Origin: Candidatus Micrarchaeota archaeon
Lineage (GTDB): Archaea > Micrarchaeota > Micrarchaeia > Micrarchaeales > CABMGC01
DNA: 64,000 nucleotides
Direction: 5' to 3'
NCBI GenBank assembly: GCA_028867025.1
Contig: JAGWHC010000001.1
Span: 11,663-75,662, forward strand
Shown: positions 61,866 to 64,000 of the stretch, one piece after another
Layout of the letters: every line of letters begins with the position of its first letter
Position numbering within the stretch: position 1 is the first letter of the stretch
Position numbers and translations under genes: made by a program
The notes under the pieces: generated by a model
Database searches by the model: none
What the model saw: the letters and a program-made list of their open reading frames with translations, nothing else
What the model was told of the DNA's origin: nothing

Positions 61866-61935
61866 TTTTCCACCTTGATTGCGGGAAAAAGGTTACGGCT
61901 TAAGGGATAAAAGGTGTTCGGAGATGAAAGTTTAC

Positions 61936-62547
61936 CTATTTCTTAGCCGCTTCGAATCTTTTCGCAACGTCCTCCCAGTTGACTACGTGCCACCATGCGT
62001 CGACGTAAGCGCCGCGATCCGAGAAATACTGCAGGTAATAGCTGTGTTCCCAGACGTCAAGGCCGAGTATCGGGGTTTTGCCCTGCGTCACCGGCGAGTC
62101 CTGGTTCGGGGTGCTCATGAGAGCCAGCCTGCCGTTGTCCACGACCAGCCATTCCCATCCGGAGCCGAATATTTTCTTGGCCGCATCTCCAAATTGCTGT
62201 TTGAACGCGTCCACGCTTCCGAACTGCTTCGTCACCTCGTCGGCCACAGGGCCCGATGGCTTCTGGTCCTTGTTCGGGCTCATCATGAGCCAGAAGAGGG
62301 AATGGTTGTAGAAGCCGCCGCCGTGGTTCCTGAGCGTGTTCTTTATGTCGTCAGGCGCGCTCGCGTAGCTCTTGAGTATCTCATCTATGCTCTTGTTTCC
62401 CCATTCAGGATGCTTGTCTATCGCGCCGTTGAGGTTATTTGTGTAAGCCGCATGGTGCTTGTCGTGATGCAGCTTCATTATCTGCTCCGAGATATATGGC
62501 TCAAGTGCGTTGTACGCATAGGGCAGAGCTGGTAGTTCGAATTTCAC
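61936..62547 (-). CDS. sod: Fe/Mn superoxide dismutase
   Basis: FELPALPYAYNALEPYISEQIMKLHHDKHHAAY...GLDVWEHSYYLQY. Confidence 0.92.
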   Translation of the reverse strand: MKFELPALPYAYNALEPYISEQIMKLHHDKHHAAYTNNLNGAIDKHPEWGNKSIDEILKSYASAPDDIKNTLRNHGGGFYNHSLFWLMMSPNKDQKPSGPVADEVTKQFGSVDAFKQQFGDAAKKIFGSGWEWLVVDNGRLALMSTPNQDSPVTQGKTPILGLDVWEHSYYLQYFSDRGAYVDAWWHVVNWEDVAKRFEAAKK

Positions 62548-62608
62548 TATTGTATCACCCAGTTCTATAATGAGCTAAAAGTATTTAACACTTGGGTGAT
62601 TTTGGAGC

Positions 62609-62989
62609 TCAGAAGAATTCGATACCCTTGAATTTCTCAAAGTCTTTACGATTGTTAGTAAGAAGCTTGCAGTCATTGTTTATTGATATGGCAGCTATCA
62701 TCGCGTCTGGCTTCATAGGTTTCACTCCGGTTTCCTCAGCTCTTGTTTCTAACTCTGAAGAAAGAATTGCATCCTCTCTTGTATAACTCAGGATAAGAAG
62801 ATTTGGGATATCATCAGTGCTTCCCCCGTATTTCAATACGCCATATAAAAACTCGTGCAGATTGATGGCAGTTGTGCAAACCCTTTCGCCGCTCGTCTTA
62901 ATCTTTTCGTATGCCTTGCTGCCGAGCTCTGAACCTTTTTCTAGAATTTCTATAAGTACGTCAGTATCTAGCAGTATCATTGGCGCCAC
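62609..62989 (-). CDS. vapC: PIN-domain toxin VapC
   Basis: ILLDTDVLIEILEKG N-terminal motif. It overlaps the upstream antitoxin by 13 nt, and the segment is AT-rich. Confidence 0.85.
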   Translation of the reverse strand: MAPMILLDTDVLIEILEKGSELGSKAYEKIKTSGERVCTTAINLHEFLYGVLKYGGSTDDIPNLLILSYTREDAILSSELETRAEETGVKPMKPDAMIAAISINNDCKLLTNNRKDFEKFKGIEFF

Positions 62990-63189
62990 TCCTTCCTACT
63001 TGCATATATCTCGGCAAGCATTTTTCGTTTATTTTTAAATGTCATTGATCCCCGCATCTTTGAAAGCGTGTACATGGGACTTGTCATCTCAAGGAGCCTT
63101 TCGAAAAGTTCGCTGAAGCTCTCTCTGGCCTTCTTGGCACGCACCAGTTTCTCGTAGACTTCTGTCTTTATCGTTATAGTCTTCACCAT
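62977..63189 (-). CDS. vapB: VapB antitoxin (DUF217/VapB_antitox-like)
   Basis: MVKTITIKTEVYEKLVRAKKARESFSELFERLL matches the M.KTI.i.dEvYe.L...K...ESFSe pattern. Confidence 0.7.
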   Translation of the reverse strand: MVKTITIKTEVYEKLVRAKKARESFSELFERLLEMTSPMYTLSKMRGSMTFKNKRKMLAEIYASRKEWRQ

Positions 63190-63195
63190 TTTATC

Positions 63196-63215
63196 GTTTA
63201 AACATACGTTTAAAC
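63196..63215 (-). promoter_or_regulatory. Two tandem GTTTAAAC palindromes (12-nt period) between the TATA-like box and the vapB start; candidate operator
   Basis: gtttaaacatacgtttaaacatat lies directly upstream of the vapB ATG (63189). A TATA-like atatatttaaaag is at 63217..63229. Confidence 0.35.
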
Positions 63216-63379
63216 ATATATTTAAAAGTTGGGTTGCGTATCCATTTGTTATATCCTTATACTGGAAAAGTCGGCGCGCTTCTTGCTTTCAATCTGCTCA
63301 TACTCTTTGTAATGCTTCTCGTCCTGTGAGTTTCTGCGGTCGCAGTAGATTATTAAAGTGTTGATTCTGCAATAAGCTC

Positions 63380-63721
63380 ATGGTTCAGGGGAGTGCCACG
63401 CCTTTACTGGTCGGCTGCCTACTGGCGCTTGGGATATCGGTTGGGACTGCGTTTGCAATGAACGCCACCACGGGCAACACCATCAATTCGACTACAATTT
63501 CAAACTCCACGGCCAACTCTGCTTCTTCGCAACGGCAGTCATCTCCGTATGGCGCTTTCATAGAGATAGTTCTGGTTGTCGTGATAGTGGCGATGATAGT
63601 CATCTTCCTGATGCTCGGAAAGCCGCCCTCAAGCGGAGCGTACGAGAACCAGGAACCGCAGGTAACTGACCAAAGCGGCGAACCGAGCGGAAATACTAAC
63701 GTACCCAAGCCAGAGTACTAG
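63380..63721 (+). CDS. Small secreted/membrane-anchored protein with N/S/T-rich stalk
   Basis: Signal-like LLVGCLLALGISVGTAFA, then NATTGNTINSTTISNSTANS, then the TM IEIVLVVVIVAMIVIFLML. Confidence 0.5.
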   Translation: MVQGSATPLLVGCLLALGISVGTAFAMNATTGNTINSTTISNSTANSASSQRQSSPYGAFIEIVLVVVIVAMIVIFLMLGKPPSSGAYENQEPQVTDQSGEPSGNTNVPKPEY

Positions 63722-63744
63722 CTGCTGCGGAGCAAAAGAGAAGA

Positions 63745-64000
63745 CTACAGCTTAATCTCGGCAAGCTTGGCCTTTATTTCTGGAAAATTCGCCCTGAAAA
63801 GAGCCTCGTCTTCAAGGACGCGCTCCTTCTCCTGGGCCGAGGTCACCAGGAATATGACATTGTGCACATCTAGCGTTCTGACGAGCAGTTCCGCGTCTGC
63901 AAGCGCAGACTCGAACCTGGGCACACGCAGGACATAGGTTGCCTTGTCGTCAAGCCCGGCCCTGCTCACCAGCTCTGTGGTCGGCGCCTTGCTCGGCTTT
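63745..64000 (-). CDS. C-terminal fragment of an unidentified protein; 5' end outside the window
   Basis: The minus-strand frame stays open from the TAG at 63745 to the window edge (...KPSKAPTTELVSRAGLDDKATYVLRVPRF...). Confidence 0.5.
   Translation of the reverse strand, partial: KPSKAPTTELVSRAGLDDKATYVLRVPRFESALADAELLVRTLDVHNVIFLVTSAQEKERVLEDEALFRANFPEIKAKLAEIKL

Overview
This is an archaeal chromosomal segment. Hallmarks seen in the translations are GGGP synthase, TruD, Nop5, NAC, uL16/L10e, Dph2, an AglB/STT3-type oligosaccharyltransferase and class III (type IV pilin-like) signal peptides. A TATA-like box is centred 26-28 nt upstream of each of the three tRNAs. I cannot place the lineage from sequence alone.

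Layout:
- 1-17.2 kb: a visibly AT-richer glycan-biosynthesis and N-glycosylation island. It holds GT1 genes, SDR epimerases, a PIG-L deacetylase, a Wzx-like flippase, an acetyltransferase, methyltransferases, a nucleotidyltransferase and AglB, plus a VapBC pair and two tandem 4-TM paralogues.
- 17.25-24.96 kb: one uninterrupted 2569-codon gene for a cysteine-rich, repeat-containing, C-terminally anchored surface protein. A basic membrane protein and a possible 42-aa hyper-acidic micro-ORF follow it.
- 26.5-36.4 kb: housekeeping genes. These are tRNA-Ala, NAC, a processive GT2, tRNA-Ser, TruD, a PRODH-like protein, GGGPS, an NFACT-N protein, RNase Z and tRNA-Val.
- 36.4-42.2 kb: accessory, AT-rich patches. 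They carry a Doc toxin, a Zn-ribbon/Gly-rich surface protein, UDG, an HTH regulator and a tandem Lrp/AsnC protein.
- 42.2-51.5 kb: a KaiC-like ATPase, a Cys-repeat secreted protein, a DHH phosphoesterase, a Tes/GDGT-MAS-like radical SAM enzyme and an N-terminally truncated Nop5.
- 51.6-59.2 kb: a surface-filament gene family, interrupted by glyS-ogg-translin. It has two large paralogous class III-signal proteins and three tandem small pilins that share identical 5' and 3' DNA cassettes.
- 59.2-64 kb: Dph2, uL16, SOD and a second VapBC.

No CRISPR array, rRNA, transposase or integrase was seen. The most interesting signals are the giant surface protein, the cassette-like pilin family (no assembly genes in the window), an in-frame signal-anchor region lacking any canonical start right after the HTH gene stop, the NTD-less Nop5 without adjacent fibrillarin, and the Tes-like enzyme with a Cys/His tail.
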